Of a DNA stretch of 64,000 bases, positions 12,301 to 22,741 are shown piece by piece (position 1 is the stretch's first letter; each line of letters begins with the position of its first letter). The stretch covers positions 448,001 to 512,000 of the forward strand of contig CAWBMV010000022.1 in NCBI GenBank assembly GCA_963789955.1, in the 5' to 3' direction. This stretch comes from an uncultured Candidatus Rokubacteria bacterium. Lineage in GTDB: Bacteria; Methylomirabilota; Methylomirabilia; Rokubacteriales; CSP1-6. The notes under the pieces are model-generated. The model was not told where the DNA came from and searched no databases. It worked only from the letters and a program-made list of their open reading frames with translations. The translations under genes and the position numbers were made by a program.

Positions 12301-12556
12301 GCGCGGCATCGAGGTGCCATCCCTTGGCGGTGTACGCACGGCCCAGGAGGTGCATCGCGGGCGAGAATTTCGGGTCGACCTGCAGCGCATTCTTCAGCTC
12401 GATGATCGCCTCGTTGTATTGGCTCTTGTCGTAGTATGCCTGGGCTTTTTCGAGATGACGCTGCTTGAGAACGGCTGGATCTCTGGTGCAGGCGGCCACG
12501 ATCAGCGCCACGCAGCCGGCCGCGAAGAGAGCGGAAAGCGTCCACCGGATCTTCAT
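9346..12556 (-). CDS. prsT: PEP-CTERM system TPR-repeat lipoprotein, PrsT-like, ~1070 aa (frameshift near 10750)
   Basis: Lipobox-like IVAAC; EAIIELKNALQVDPK; continuous TPRs across ORFs 10163..12556 and 9346..10776; C-terminal NNVAY..EILDTLG..ILYHLG; near prsK. Confidence 0.8.
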
Positions 12557-12582
12557 GAGAATCCTCTGTTAGGGGCTCCCTG

Positions 12583-13626
12583 CTACCCGATATGAGGATA
12601 GAGGATTCTACCGGTGGCGCGGCGTATCCCGCCAGGCAACCGGGCGAAGACACGTTTCATGACACTCATCGTCCAGACATTCTTAGGGGTCGTCGGCCGC
12701 GTCACGGCTGGGGAGCGCCAGTACGTGAGCGTGGAGCGAGTCGCGGCCAAGTGTTCCTTGAAAGCAATGAGCCCAGCGGCGTCGCAGTCTGATCGTCCGA
12801 GATCCAGCACGTGGGCTCCCAGATGCTTGGCCTCCTGGATAGCTTTCCAGAACAGAAACGGCATGCCGCCCAGGGAATTCAGACGCGCGTCCGAGCCACC
12901 GTACTTGTAGACCACACTCGTGCCGTGCGTGAGCGTCAGGATGCCCGCAGCAGGCTGACCGTCCTTGGAGACGATGCGGATGCAGACATTCCCGCCGAGA
13001 TGCTCGATCAGGTTGTCGAACCATGCTCGCGGTTGTAGAGGAATCTGATGGCGCCGTCGGGTCAGATCCAGGAGGTAACAGAGCTTGTTGAGAAGCGGTT
13101 CGCTGCGCCCCTGCTCGTAGGTCAGCCGTTCGCGCTCCGCCCTTCGAATCTTGCGTTGGATCGAGTCCTTGTGAAAGCTGTGCAGTAACGCATCGAGATC
13201 GGGCCGAAGGTCGAGACAGTGCAACAAGAAGGTCTGCCCTCTTCCGAAGCCTGCCCCGAGCGAGATGCCCGCGCTGGCCGGCCGCATCTCCACGTATCGC
13301 CAGCGGTCCTGGGCTTGACGCCGCAGCACGGCCGAGCAGAGCGTCTGCACCTCGTCGGGGCGGTCGACGAGCGGCTCGCAATGGTCGGAGAACGGCAAGG
13401 ACACGAGCCGCGAGCCGGTCAGCCAGCTCCGAACGGCGGAGAACACGAGCGCGTTCAGCAGATCATCGGTCGGGCGAGACGTGGTGAAGGCGATCGGCTC
13501 GAAACAATATGTGCGCTGAAGAGCTCGCAACCATCCCGACGTGTGAAAGATCGAGGCCTTCGGGTGTCGCGCGACGAACTCTGTCCAGCGAGCATCCTCG
13601 AGTGGATCGAAGGAATAGACCTCCAT
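12583..13626 (-). CDS. FemAB-like GNAT family protein (EPS-associated)
   Basis: HPKASIFHTSGW, LVSLPFSDHC, IRRAER, LDLGRS, GLIAFK. Confidence 0.8.
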   Translation of the reverse strand: MEVYSFDPLEDARWTEFVARHPKASIFHTSGWLRALQRTYCFEPIAFTTSRPTDDLLNALVFSAVRSWLTGSRLVSLPFSDHCEPLVDRPDEVQTLCSAVLRRQAQDRWRYVEMRPASAGISLGAGFGRGQTFLLHCLDLRPDLDALLHSFHKDSIQRKIRRAERERLTYEQGRSEPLLNKLCYLLDLTRRRHQIPLQPRAWFDNLIEHLGGNVCIRIVSKDGQPAAGILTLTHGTSVVYKYGGSDARLNSLGGMPFLFWKAIQEAKHLGAHVLDLGRSDCDAAGLIAFKEHLAATRSTLTYWRSPAVTRPTTPKNVWTMSVMKRVFARLPGGIRRATGRILYPHIG

Positions 13627-13851
13627 CGCGTCGTGCAGCCCCCGAAGGATAGTACCTCGCCACGATGGAGACCGAGACTCACCAGGGCGCGGAGCAGGTC
13701 CGGGTCGCAGCCGTTGCTGAGAAAACGTAAGCAGATCAGTTGCTTGCATTGCTCGTCTATCGTGCGACAGCCGTCACCCTGGCGAAATGGTGTCAGGCCA
13801 CGAGGGCTGGTTCGGCGAGAAGCGAGGGCGAAGTGGTGCTAGATTTTCGTC

Positions 13852-15927
13852 GTGGTCGTGACACCGCACGTGATCGTCGCTGTAGTCGCGGGGCTGACGA
13901 GCGTAGCACTTGCGATCGTCGGTCTGCTCCTGGGCCGTCCCGGATGGATCAAGCGCAGCTTCGGCCTCGGGATGGTCATGTTCGCCGTGGAGTCGTTCGC
14001 CACCGCAGTGTTGCTCGGCGGCGCGGACACGCCCGGCGCTCAAGTCTTCTGGCTGAATGTCGTGGAAGCGTCACGGATCGCCGCGCCGCTCGCGTGGGTC
14101 GTGTTCGTGGGCTCCGTAATACGCCACCACGCGGCGGCGCTTCCTCCGGAGTGGCGAGCGGGACTCGCCGCGGGCGCCATGCTCGCGCTTGCGCTGTTCG
14201 GGGCCGTGGTCACGCTCGGTGGCTTCAGCGTCGCCTTCGCTCCGGGGCGGTTCGCGGTGGCATTGCTCACCAGGGTCGGGGTGGTATCGGTCGCCCTGCA
14301 GCTCGTTCTCACGGTGGCGGTGCTCGCCGGGCTCGAGGCGTGTCTGCGGACATCACGAGCGGGGTCGCGAGGCCGGATCAAGTATCTCGTGCTGGGCCTC
14401 GGCGGAGTCTTTCTGGTGCGATTCTACGTCCTGAGCCAGGTGGCGCTCTTCCGCGAGATCACGTCCAGCGTGCTGAGCATCGGTACCGCGACCCTGCTGA
14501 TCGGCAACCTTGTGCTCGCGGTCAGTCTGGCTCGCGCTCGACTGCCGGAGACCCAGCTCGCCGTGTCCCGTGCGGTGTTCTATCGCTCGGTGATCGTCGG
14601 GGTTCTTGGTGCCTACTTGCTGGCTGTCGGAGGTCTGGGCTGGCTGCTCACGTATCTGCAGATCCCGGAGAAGGTGTTCTGGGTGACACTCGCCGTCTTC
14701 GTCTCGACGCTGATGCTGGCGGCAGTGTTGCTGTCCGACCAGGCGCGCTGGCGGGTGAAGCGGTTCATCGCGATCAACTTCTATCGCAGCAAGTACGACT
14801 ATCGCGAGCAGTGGATGGCGTTGACCAGGCGCCTCAGCACGCAGCTCACCCTGGAGGATCTGAGCCCGCAACTGCTCGAGACCGTGACCGATGCCGTGGG
14901 CGGCGACACGGCGATGCTTTACGTGGCCGATGCCTCGAATCGCCAGTATCACGTCACAGCGTCGATCCGCCTCCGGGAGGCCGCACCGGTCATCCAGGAC
15001 GACGTCCCCTTGCTGACAGAGCTGGCTGTCCGTCGAGAGCCGCTGGTGCTGGAGACTGACCTCGACTGGGGTGGCATCCAGCTCGCGGAGACCTTTCCGG
15101 CCGGAAGCGTGATCGTGCCGCTCGAGTGGCGCGGCGGCTTGGCCGGCTTTATCGTAGTCGGCCCCGAAAGGACGGGTCTGCCCTATACGCCGGAGGACCT
15201 CGAGTTCATGGCGACGATGGGCCAGCAGGCCACAGCATCCATCGTGACTGTCCGGCTCTCGGAGGATCTGGCGCGGGCGCGGGAGTTCGACGCATTCGCA
15301 CGACTCGCCTCGTTCGTGGTCCACGACCTGAAGAATCTGATCTCCGGTCTCAGCCTTCTGAGCCAGAACGCCGTCAAGCACTTCGACGACCCCGAGTTCC
15401 AGAGGGACACGATTCTCAGTCTGTCACGAACCGTGGAGCGAATGCAGGCGCTGCTCGCCCGACTGTCGTCGCGGACCGAGCTCGTCGTGCTGCGCGACAA
15501 GTCTGTTGATTTGCCGAGCATCGTTCGGGACGCCATCGGGATGGTGAACGCCCCTAACAGCGTCAAGCTCATCACCGAGCTCGAAGCGGTGCCACCAGTT
15601 GTTGGAGATCCCGAAGCATTAGTGCGGGCAATCCACAATCTCCTGACTAACGCCGTTCAGGCGCTGGACGGCGAGGGGACCGTAGCGGTGACGGTCAAGC
15701 ACGAAAACCGCCACGCCGTTCTGTCTGTTTCCGACACTGGCTGCGGGATGTCGGAGGAATTCGTCCGGGAGTCGTTGTTCGTGCCCTTCCGCACGACGAA
15801 GCGAGGCGGGTGGGGCCTCGGGCTCTACCAGGTGAAAGAGATCGTCGAACTGCACAAGGGGAAGCTACTGGTCACAAGCAAAGAGGGATCGGGAACCACG
15901 TTTCATGTCACGCTTCCGCTGGCGTGA
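13852..15927 (+). CDS. prsK: PEP-CTERM system histidine kinase PrsK
   Basis: Multi-TM N-terminus, FYRSKYDYREQW, GAF-like region, H-box FVVHDLKN, NLLTNA, DTGCGM, FRTTKRGGWGLGL. Confidence 0.9.
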   Translation: MVVTPHVIVAVVAGLTSVALAIVGLLLGRPGWIKRSFGLGMVMFAVESFATAVLLGGADTPGAQVFWLNVVEASRIAAPLAWVVFVGSVIRHHAAALPPEWRAGLAAGAMLALALFGAVVTLGGFSVAFAPGRFAVALLTRVGVVSVALQLVLTVAVLAGLEACLRTSRAGSRGRIKYLVLGLGGVFLVRFYVLSQVALFREITSSVLSIGTATLLIGNLVLAVSLARARLPETQLAVSRAVFYRSVIVGVLGAYLLAVGGLGWLLTYLQIPEKVFWVTLAVFVSTLMLAAVLLSDQARWRVKRFIAINFYRSKYDYREQWMALTRRLSTQLTLEDLSPQLLETVTDAVGGDTAMLYVADASNRQYHVTASIRLREAAPVIQDDVPLLTELAVRREPLVLETDLDWGGIQLAETFPAGSVIVPLEWRGGLAGFIVVGPERTGLPYTPEDLEFMATMGQQATASIVTVRLSEDLARAREFDAFARLASFVVHDLKNLISGLSLLSQNAVKHFDDPEFQRDTILSLSRTVERMQALLARLSSRTELVVLRDKSVDLPSIVRDAIGMVNAPNSVKLITELEAVPPVVGDPEALVRAIHNLLTNAVQALDGEGTVAVTVKHENRHAVLSVSDTGCGMSEEFVRESLFVPFRTTKRGGWGLGLYQVKEIVELHKGKLLVTSKEGSGTTFHVTLPLA

Positions 15928-15970
15928 TCAAGTTGCCGTACTCTCTGTTGCACCGTATATTCGATCTCCA

Positions 15971-17365
15971 TTGAATTCACACGAGCCGGTGATCGAGCGT
16001 GCGCTGGTCGATTACTATCGTTGCCCGGAGCAACTCGTGACGATGGCCCTGGCCGGCGCGCTCTCCTCCGATTCGGGCTATTTCCGCTTTGGCACGAACG
16101 TCTGCTACGGGCAGAGCTCGTCCGGCTCTCGCTCGTCGGTATTGACCGACGCGCTCTACGACACTGCGCCCGCGGTGAGGGCGGAGGCGGGTGTCCTTCG
16201 CGTGCCCTTCAACCCCTCACAGGTCATCGATAATCTCCGGCTGGAGCGCTATCCCCCGGACCCACGGAATTCCGACGCTCTGCGCCAGACGTCGTGGCAG
16301 AAGAGACTCTACTACTCGTTCAGGCGTTTCATGCCAGCTGCCATGCGCCAGGCGCTCCAGCGGACCTACTTCCGCGGCTTCAAGAACCGTCCGTTCCCTC
16401 GCTGGCCGGTCGATGACACCGTCGATCGGATCCTCGAGCGACTTCTGCTGCTGTCCCTCCAGGGCCGGAGTGTCGCCAGGGTGCCGTTCGTGTGGTTCTG
16501 GCCCGATGGCGCCCCGAGCTGTGCCATCGTCACCCACGACGTCGAGACCTTGGTCGGGCGTGACCGCTGCTCGTGGCTGATGGACGTGGACGACAGCTAT
16601 GGAATCAAGACGTCGTTCCAGATCGTGCCGGAGGAGCGGTACGCTGTCTCCCTGGCGCTTCTTGACGAGATCAGGAATCGCGGCTTCGAGATCAACGTGC
16701 ACGATCTCAACCACGACGGGCATCTGTTCAGAGACCACACGGAGTTCCGCCTTCGGGCGAAGCGGATCAACGAGTACGCCTGCGAGTTCGGCGCCCGCGG
16801 GTTCCGCTCGGGTCACCTCTATCGGCATGCCGACTGGTACGAGGCCCTCGAGATCGCCTACGACATGTCCATTCCGAACACGGCTCACCTGGAGATCCAG
16901 CACGGCGGCTGCTGTACCGTGATGCCGTACTTCATCGGCGAGATCGTCGAGTTGCCCCTGACGACGACGCAGGACTATTCGCTCTTCCACGTTCTCCGGG
17001 ACTTCTCGAACGAGATCTGGAAGAGCCAGATCGACGCCATCATCGCCGCGCACGGCCTGATGAGTTTCATCGCCCATCCGGACTATCTGGGAGACGACAT
17101 GGCGCGACAGGCCTACCGTATGCTCCTGGATCGCCTGTCGCGCCTTCGCGAGGCGGGGAGATGCTGGATTGCCCTTCCGGGCGAGGTGGAGCGCTGGTGG
17201 AGGCAGCGCAGCCGGATGACTCTTGTCCAGGACGGCGAGCGGTGGCGCATCGAGGGGCAAGGCGGAGAACGGGCCCGGATCGCCTGGGCGGAAATCCACG
17301 GAGACCAGGTGATCTACCGAGTCGAGCGGGCTTCGCCCAGCGACACCGGGGCGTCAGGGACGTGA
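15971..17365 (+). CDS. polysaccharide deacetylase-like protein (start uncertain)
   Basis: THDVE, HDLNHDG, GFRSG, YDMS, ELPLT, HPDY. Confidence 0.7.
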   Translation: MNSHEPVIERALVDYYRCPEQLVTMALAGALSSDSGYFRFGTNVCYGQSSSGSRSSVLTDALYDTAPAVRAEAGVLRVPFNPSQVIDNLRLERYPPDPRNSDALRQTSWQKRLYYSFRRFMPAAMRQALQRTYFRGFKNRPFPRWPVDDTVDRILERLLLLSLQGRSVARVPFVWFWPDGAPSCAIVTHDVETLVGRDRCSWLMDVDDSYGIKTSFQIVPEERYAVSLALLDEIRNRGFEINVHDLNHDGHLFRDHTEFRLRAKRINEYACEFGARGFRSGHLYRHADWYEALEIAYDMSIPNTAHLEIQHGGCCTVMPYFIGEIVELPLTTTQDYSLFHVLRDFSNEIWKSQIDAIIAAHGLMSFIAHPDYLGDDMARQAYRMLLDRLSRLREAGRCWIALPGEVERWWRQRSRMTLVQDGERWRIEGQGGERARIAWAEIHGDQVIYRVERASPSDTGASGT

Positions 17366-17374
17366 ACCGAGCGA

Positions 17375-18070
17375 ATGACGAGCTGGCGGCGACATCTCTT
17401 CTACACAAGACAGTGCGTCAAGACCACGTGGAAGCTCAGGCTTGGGGTACTCGTCGTCGCGGCCCTTACGCTGGCCTCGACGAGCCCGTTCTGGACGAGC
17501 GCCATTGCGCGCAGCCTGGTGTGCGCTCAGGACGTCGCCCCGAGCGACCTGATCCTCATCGAGAACTTCGACCCGGATTACCTGTTGTTCGAGCGAGCGG
17601 CAGCGCTGCAGAAAGACCGAATTGCCCCCCGGGCCCTCGTTCCCGTGCAGGCCGGGCAAGATTCCGGGACGCCGAACTACATCTCGCAGGCGATCGCCGA
17701 CGTGATGGCTCGTCATTCGCGCATGGCTTCATGGGAGACGCTTCCGATCAGCGAGGTGGAACCCATCAGCCTGAATGCCGCCTTTCAGATCCGGCAGTAC
17801 CTTCTGCGCGAGAACGTCAAGTCGCTCATCGTCGTCACCGGCGGCTTCCGCAGCCAGCGCTCTTCGCTGATCTATCGAACGGTTCTGGCCGGACGCGGAG
17901 TGCAGGTGCGCTGTGATCCGGTCTTCGGGCGCGCGACCCCGGAACGCTGGGGCAATACATGGCACGGTATCCAGGACGTGGCTGAGCAGTTCGTGAAGCT
18001 GCAGTACTACCGGTTTTACGTCCTTCTGTCCATGCAGCCGACTCGTGAGAGTAGACGGGGATTAGAGTGA
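17375..18070 (+). CDS. YdcF/DUF218-like protein
   Basis: N-terminal TM, SDLILI, SLIVVTGGFRSQRS, EQFVKLQYY pattern. Confidence 0.55.
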   Translation: MTSWRRHLFYTRQCVKTTWKLRLGVLVVAALTLASTSPFWTSAIARSLVCAQDVAPSDLILIENFDPDYLLFERAAALQKDRIAPRALVPVQAGQDSGTPNYISQAIADVMARHSRMASWETLPISEVEPISLNAAFQIRQYLLRENVKSLIVVTGGFRSQRSSLIYRTVLAGRGVQVRCDPVFGRATPERWGNTWHGIQDVAEQFVKLQYYRFYVLLSMQPTRESRRGLE

Positions 18071-18360
18071 GGGTGTCGCTGGTGACGAGCGGGCATGATC
18101 CGGATTATGCGATCCCGCTCGCAGCGGCCCTGGCCGATGCCGCCTTCCAGGTCGAATTCGTCGCGAGTGACACGATGGAGACGGAGCAAGCGCTGAAGCG
18201 CCCAGGAGACCTCGTATCTGAACTTGCGTGGCAGGCCAAGATCCTCGTGCGCCTCTTCGCGTCAAGCTCGCCAGGTCCTCCGCTACTACTGGAAGCTGGT
18301 CTTGTACGCGCGACGGACGGACTCGGCTCCGCGAAACCTTGTCCTGATCCGGCAAGGTAA
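18067..18360 (+). pseudogene. truncated GT4 glycosyltransferase N-terminal fragment
   Basis: VSLVTSGHDPDYAIPLAAAL...VEFVAS, then VLRYYWKLVLYARRTDS in another frame; no C-terminal domain before wzx. Confidence 0.55.
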
Positions 18361-18376
18361 GCCAACGCCCCGATAA

Positions 18377-19972
18377 ATGTTCCATAGAGGCCTGGCATCG
18401 ACCACCCATTCATTGCGGGCCTGGATCCTAGCTGGGGTGCTTCCATTCGCGCCCGCTGGTTCGGTAGAGTTCCGCTTTGCGAGGGGAGTGTTCTGGTCGG
18501 TCGGCGGAGCTATCGTGTCCCAGGTGCTGGGCATGATCGCCTCATTCGTCACCGCGCGGCTCCTCGGGAAAGTAGGGGTAGGAGAGGTCGGGATAGTTCT
18601 CAGCACCCTCGGCGCATTCGGTGTCTTCGCGGGGTTCGGAGTCGGACTCACATCGACGAAGTATGTCGCTGAATTTCGCCTCACGAATCCGGGCCGAGCG
18701 GGGAGAATCTTGGGCTTGTCGAGGCTCGCAGCGCTCTCCTCCGGAGCGATCATCACGGTGCTGCTGTTTCTCGCCGCGGAGAATCTTGCGTCCGGCATGT
18801 TGAAGGCGCCGCATCTCGTCTTCGAGATACGGATGGGATGCTTGTTGCTACTGGTGAATGCTCTCCAGGAGACACAGGGCGGGGCCCTGGTTGGATTCGA
18901 AGCCTACCGCCAAATTGCGCGATTAAATCTGCTCCGTGGGCTGCTGTATTTTCCTCTCGTGATAGGCGGCGTTCTTCTGTTCGGAGTGCGGGGTGCGATC
19001 GGAGCCAACGTGGCCGTCGCGGTAATCGGATGCTTGCTGTCGGGTGCTGCAATCCGTCATCAGTGTCGCCAGATGAACATCGTCATCTCGATGCGAGGCA
19101 TCATGTCGGAGTTATCTGTGATTCGAAATTTCACAATACCGGCCTTTTTGAGCGGCGTAATGGTGGCGCCGGTGATGTGGCTCGTCAATACGATTCTCGT
19201 AAACCAACCGGGGGGCTACGGTGAACTTGGACTGTTGAGCGCGGCAAATCAGTGGAGGACCTTCCTGATGTTTCTTCCGCAAGCCTTCCTCCAGGTTGCC
19301 CTGCCTATGATGGCCATGGGGGCCACGAATTCCCAAATGGCAGTGAGACAGTACGGCAAGACGTTTTCGTTGACTCGAAGCCTCACACTGCTTGCCGTGT
19401 TTCCGCCGGCGGTTGTTCTGATGCTAGTTTCGAGTTGGATCATGAAGTTGTACGGACTGCAGTTCGCGGGTGCCGATCCGGTATTGATAGGAGTCATATC
19501 TAGCGTGATGGTCGTCGCAACAGGCAGCGCGGTCGGGCCTGCGATTCAGGCAGAAGGAAAACTCTGGTTTGGATTCTTACAAAATATCTCCTGGGGTGTC
19601 CTTCTGCTTTGTTTCGCGGCTCTCGCGGCTCCGGCCTGGGGAGCGGCCGGGGTGGCTTTTTCGTTCGCGTTGTCATATGGCGTCTTGGCGATCTGGAGCT
19701 TCCTATATCTGCGGCCGTCGCTACCCGCTCGGACTGTCAGCCGGGTGTTTATAGCACTGATATTCATCGCGGTCGTGGGAGCCTCCGCGTTGACGATGTC
19801 ACCTGTCGTCAGGATCGCAATGGCACTCCCTGCAGGCGTTATCACCGTGGCGGTCACACTTTTTGTTCTTGTCGATGAGCCGGTGAAGGTTGCGATTGTC
19901 CACTCTCTCAAGCAAAAGTGGCGGGCGTATTCAAAGCCCGGGCCTCCTCAGGCACCTGGAGCGTGTGCTTGA
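18377..19972 (+). CDS. wzx: oligosaccharide flippase (Wzx-like, MOP superfamily)
   Basis: Many TM segments; ARLLGK, GVGLTSTKYVAE, GELGLLSAANQW. Confidence 0.85.
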   Translation: MFHRGLASTTHSLRAWILAGVLPFAPAGSVEFRFARGVFWSVGGAIVSQVLGMIASFVTARLLGKVGVGEVGIVLSTLGAFGVFAGFGVGLTSTKYVAEFRLTNPGRAGRILGLSRLAALSSGAIITVLLFLAAENLASGMLKAPHLVFEIRMGCLLLLVNALQETQGGALVGFEAYRQIARLNLLRGLLYFPLVIGGVLLFGVRGAIGANVAVAVIGCLLSGAAIRHQCRQMNIVISMRGIMSELSVIRNFTIPAFLSGVMVAPVMWLVNTILVNQPGGYGELGLLSAANQWRTFLMFLPQAFLQVALPMMAMGATNSQMAVRQYGKTFSLTRSLTLLAVFPPAVVLMLVSSWIMKLYGLQFAGADPVLIGVISSVMVVATGSAVGPAIQAEGKLWFGFLQNISWGVLLLCFAALAAPAWGAAGVAFSFALSYGVLAIWSFLYLRPSLPARTVSRVFIALIFIAVVGASALTMSPVVRIAMALPAGVITVAVTLFVLVDEPVKVAIVHSLKQKWRAYSKPGPPQAPGACA

Positions 19973-21189
19973 AGCGACGCATCGCTCTAGTCACGTATGC
20001 ATTGAAGCGTGGGGGGATGGAGACTTTCTTGTTGCAGCTCGGGCGATACATGCAACACGCCGGCTGCGATGTGGAAATCATTACAACCGAGGAGAAAGGG
20101 GAATGGTTCGCGAGAGCGGCCGAGTTCGGCCTGGCGGCACACCATTATGGTCCCGAGAATGACTCAGCACCCGTTAGCGCTCTAATGCACGTGTGGCGTA
20201 TCGGCAGGAAGCTGGCCAAGAGTCGATATGATGTCGTGTTCCTGAACCACGCTCGGTACGCGCAGGCCGGGCTGGGCCTTCTCGGACAAAAGACATTCGT
20301 CGTGCCGATTCTCCACAACACGTTTGATGAGATCTTCGCCGTTGGCTGCTCGAACGAGAATAAGTGGAATGTTTTGGTGGCAGTTAGTCCGTTGGTTGCG
20401 GAGGTGGCTGCTCGTAGAGTCCCTCGCCGTGCGGTTGTAACGATTCCGAATGGCGTCCGGATACCGAGCGAAGCCATTATTCGAGAGAGGCGTCCTCTTG
20501 ATAAAGCGCTGAGACTGACATATCTAGGACGGCTGGAGCATCAGCAAAAAGGTGTGTTGCTGATGCCCGGGATCCTTGAGGGCTGCCTTCGCCGCGGAAT
20601 CGATTGCTCACTGGAAATTGTCGGCGACGGCCCCGATCGCGGCTTACTCGAGGACCAACTGCAACAGAGGGGGCTCGAGGGGCGTTATCGGCTCCGCGGT
20701 CCGGTCGACGGGGATGATGTCTACGGTCTCCTTCTACAATCGCACATGCTGTTGCTCCCATCGTTTTTTGAGGGCCTGCCGCTTGCGCTGTTAGAGGCGC
20801 AAGCTTGCGGTTGCGTACCGGTCGCATCCCTGCTGACCGGATGTACCAATTACGCGGTCCAATCAGGCAGCGATGGAGTATTGGTGAGGCCTGGCGCGAT
20901 AGATGCGTTTGTCGACGCTATCGCGACGCTATATGAAAATCCATCCCGGTGGCACGCGATGAGTGCGGAAGCACACAATACGGCGAGGAGGCGGTTCTCC
21001 ATTGACGCAATGGGTGCGGCCTACCAGGATTTAATGGCGGATCTCTTCGCTGGTCAGTATCCACGGCCGGCCATTCGGCGGAGCGTTCCGTGCGACATGT
21101 CGCTCTTTTCCTGGCGAGACTCTATACCTGCACCGGTGCGGCGTATCAAACGTGCTTTCAAGCGTCGACTTTCGCGCTCCAAGTCCTAA
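19969..21189 (+). CDS. GT4 glycosyltransferase
   Basis: GGME, IPNGV, LGRLEHQQKG, PSFFEGLPLALLEAQACG. Confidence 0.9.
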   Translation: MKRRIALVTYALKRGGMETFLLQLGRYMQHAGCDVEIITTEEKGEWFARAAEFGLAAHHYGPENDSAPVSALMHVWRIGRKLAKSRYDVVFLNHARYAQAGLGLLGQKTFVVPILHNTFDEIFAVGCSNENKWNVLVAVSPLVAEVAARRVPRRAVVTIPNGVRIPSEAIIRERRPLDKALRLTYLGRLEHQQKGVLLMPGILEGCLRRGIDCSLEIVGDGPDRGLLEDQLQQRGLEGRYRLRGPVDGDDVYGLLLQSHMLLLPSFFEGLPLALLEAQACGCVPVASLLTGCTNYAVQSGSDGVLVRPGAIDAFVDAIATLYENPSRWHAMSAEAHNTARRRFSIDAMGAAYQDLMADLFAGQYPRPAIRRSVPCDMSLFSWRDSIPAPVRRIKRAFKRRLSRSKS

Positions 21190-21212
21190 TTCATGAAGGC
21201 GTCTGCCGACTG

Positions 21213-22019
21213 ATGTTCTCCGGCCCCAAAGCGCGTGGTGCGTTGGCGATGTCTCGTGTGCGTGCCGCACTGGGGCGGCTATTTCGGCATCATCCGGTGA
21301 ATCCGGCCGCGCGCGCAGTTGACGACTTACCGCCAGATCTTTCAAGCGACGATCGAATAACATGGCGCGCGATCGAGCGCTTCACGATGACTTCTCCCGA
21401 GCGAATCGCGGCGCTGTGTAATGCTGTGCGATACACCGTGAAATACGGCATCCCGGGGGCCATCGTCGAGTGTGGCGTCTGGCGAGGCGGAAGTATGATG
21501 GCCGTGGCTCGAACCCTGCTCCAGCTTGGCGTGACCGACCGCAGCCTTTATCTGTTTGATACGTTCGAGGGAATGCCGGAGCCGACCTATGCTGACGTTG
21601 ATCTCCATCAGCGCGGAGCGCACGGGCTGTTGAGAGATGCGGGCGCTGAATCATCGATCAGGGCCGTCAGCACCCTAGAGACAACGCGCGCCGCTCTTCT
21701 GTCGACAGGTTATCCGGCTCCTCGAATGATCTTCGTGAAAGGCCGCGTTGAGAACACCATTCCTGTGGAAGCGCCGGAACAGATTTCTATTCTGAGACTC
21801 GATACCGACTGGTACGAATCGACGCGACACGAACTTGAACACTTGTTTCCGCGCTTGTCGACGCACGGTGTGCTCATCATCGACGACTATGGTCACTGGC
21901 TTGGTGCTCGGAGAGCCGTGGACGAGTATCTCTTGAGACTTCAAGAACCAATCTTGCTGCAACGCATTGACTACACAGGCAGAATTGCGGTGAAGCCGCG
22001 GTATCAGCTTCCCCGGTGA
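21213..22019 (+). CDS. TylF/MycF/NovP-family sugar O-methyltransferase
   Basis: TMTSPERI, VECGVWRGGS, FDTFEG, LRLDTDWYEST, IIDDYGHW. Confidence 0.9.
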   Translation: MFSGPKARGALAMSRVRAALGRLFRHHPVNPAARAVDDLPPDLSSDDRITWRAIERFTMTSPERIAALCNAVRYTVKYGIPGAIVECGVWRGGSMMAVARTLLQLGVTDRSLYLFDTFEGMPEPTYADVDLHQRGAHGLLRDAGAESSIRAVSTLETTRAALLSTGYPAPRMIFVKGRVENTIPVEAPEQISILRLDTDWYESTRHELEHLFPRLSTHGVLIIDDYGHWLGARRAVDEYLLRLQEPILLQRIDYTGRIAVKPRYQLPR

Positions 22020-22077
22020 CCGCTCCAGTCCCGTCCCGGAGATCTTGGTGCGGCTTGGATGTTAAAGGAGTAAAAAC

Positions 22078-22728
22078 ATGTCTTCGTTCGCCGAGCTATT
22101 TGGGAGGCCAAAAAGGATCACAAAAGAAATTATTCGTGGTCTCGGTTACGAAGTCTGCCGTCTGGATCAAGCAGAGGAGCTGAGGGGCTTCAGCTATAAG
22201 GAGGCTCAGTGTTATCGAGCACTGAGTAACCTCGGTGAACTGTCCATTGAGGAGATCCGACTCCTCGGAGAGCTCGTCCGAAAGAGTGATCCGGAGCGAC
22301 CGATCATCGAAATTGGAACGCTTTTCGGGCTGTCGACGATGGTCATGACAACGTTCAAGAATCACGGACAGAGCCTGATTACTGTCGACAACTACTCATG
22401 GAATCCCCTTGGCTTGAGCCCAGAGAGTCACTATCGAATCACTCGTCGCCGATTGTCCGAGGCGATCGAAAAGCATCGCGTAAGCGTCGTTCGTATGGCG
22501 AAGGACGCTTTCTACGACAGCTACGGCGGGCCACCGCCGGCGTTGTTTTTCTGCGATGCCGATCATTCGTACGAGGCGACGAAAGCCGACCTGATGTGGG
22601 CGCAGTCAGTCGGGGCGGACATTATCTGTGGTGATGACTACGACCTGCCGTCAGAAGACGGAGTACGACGTGCCGTCGCTGACATGGGCGGCCCGAGCCA
22701 ACTCGTGGACGGGCTTTTCGTTCTCTGA
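22078..22728 (+). CDS. class I SAM methyltransferase (Methyltransf_24-like)
   Basis: IEIGTLFGLST, FCDADHSYE, ICGDDY. Confidence 0.8.
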   Translation: MSSFAELFGRPKRITKEIIRGLGYEVCRLDQAEELRGFSYKEAQCYRALSNLGELSIEEIRLLGELVRKSDPERPIIEIGTLFGLSTMVMTTFKNHGQSLITVDNYSWNPLGLSPESHYRITRRRLSEAIEKHRVSVVRMAKDAFYDSYGGPPPALFFCDADHSYEATKADLMWAQSVGADIICGDDYDLPSEDGVRRAVADMGGPSQLVDGLFVL

Positions 22729-22741
22729 GGCAACAGCATTG

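Noticed and set aside
13740..15059. Long overlapping or antisense ORFs (also 1509..2816, 36112..37245, 45042..46148, 58841..60169)
   Set aside because: Arg/Ala/Gly-rich shadow frames of real genes in high-GC DNA
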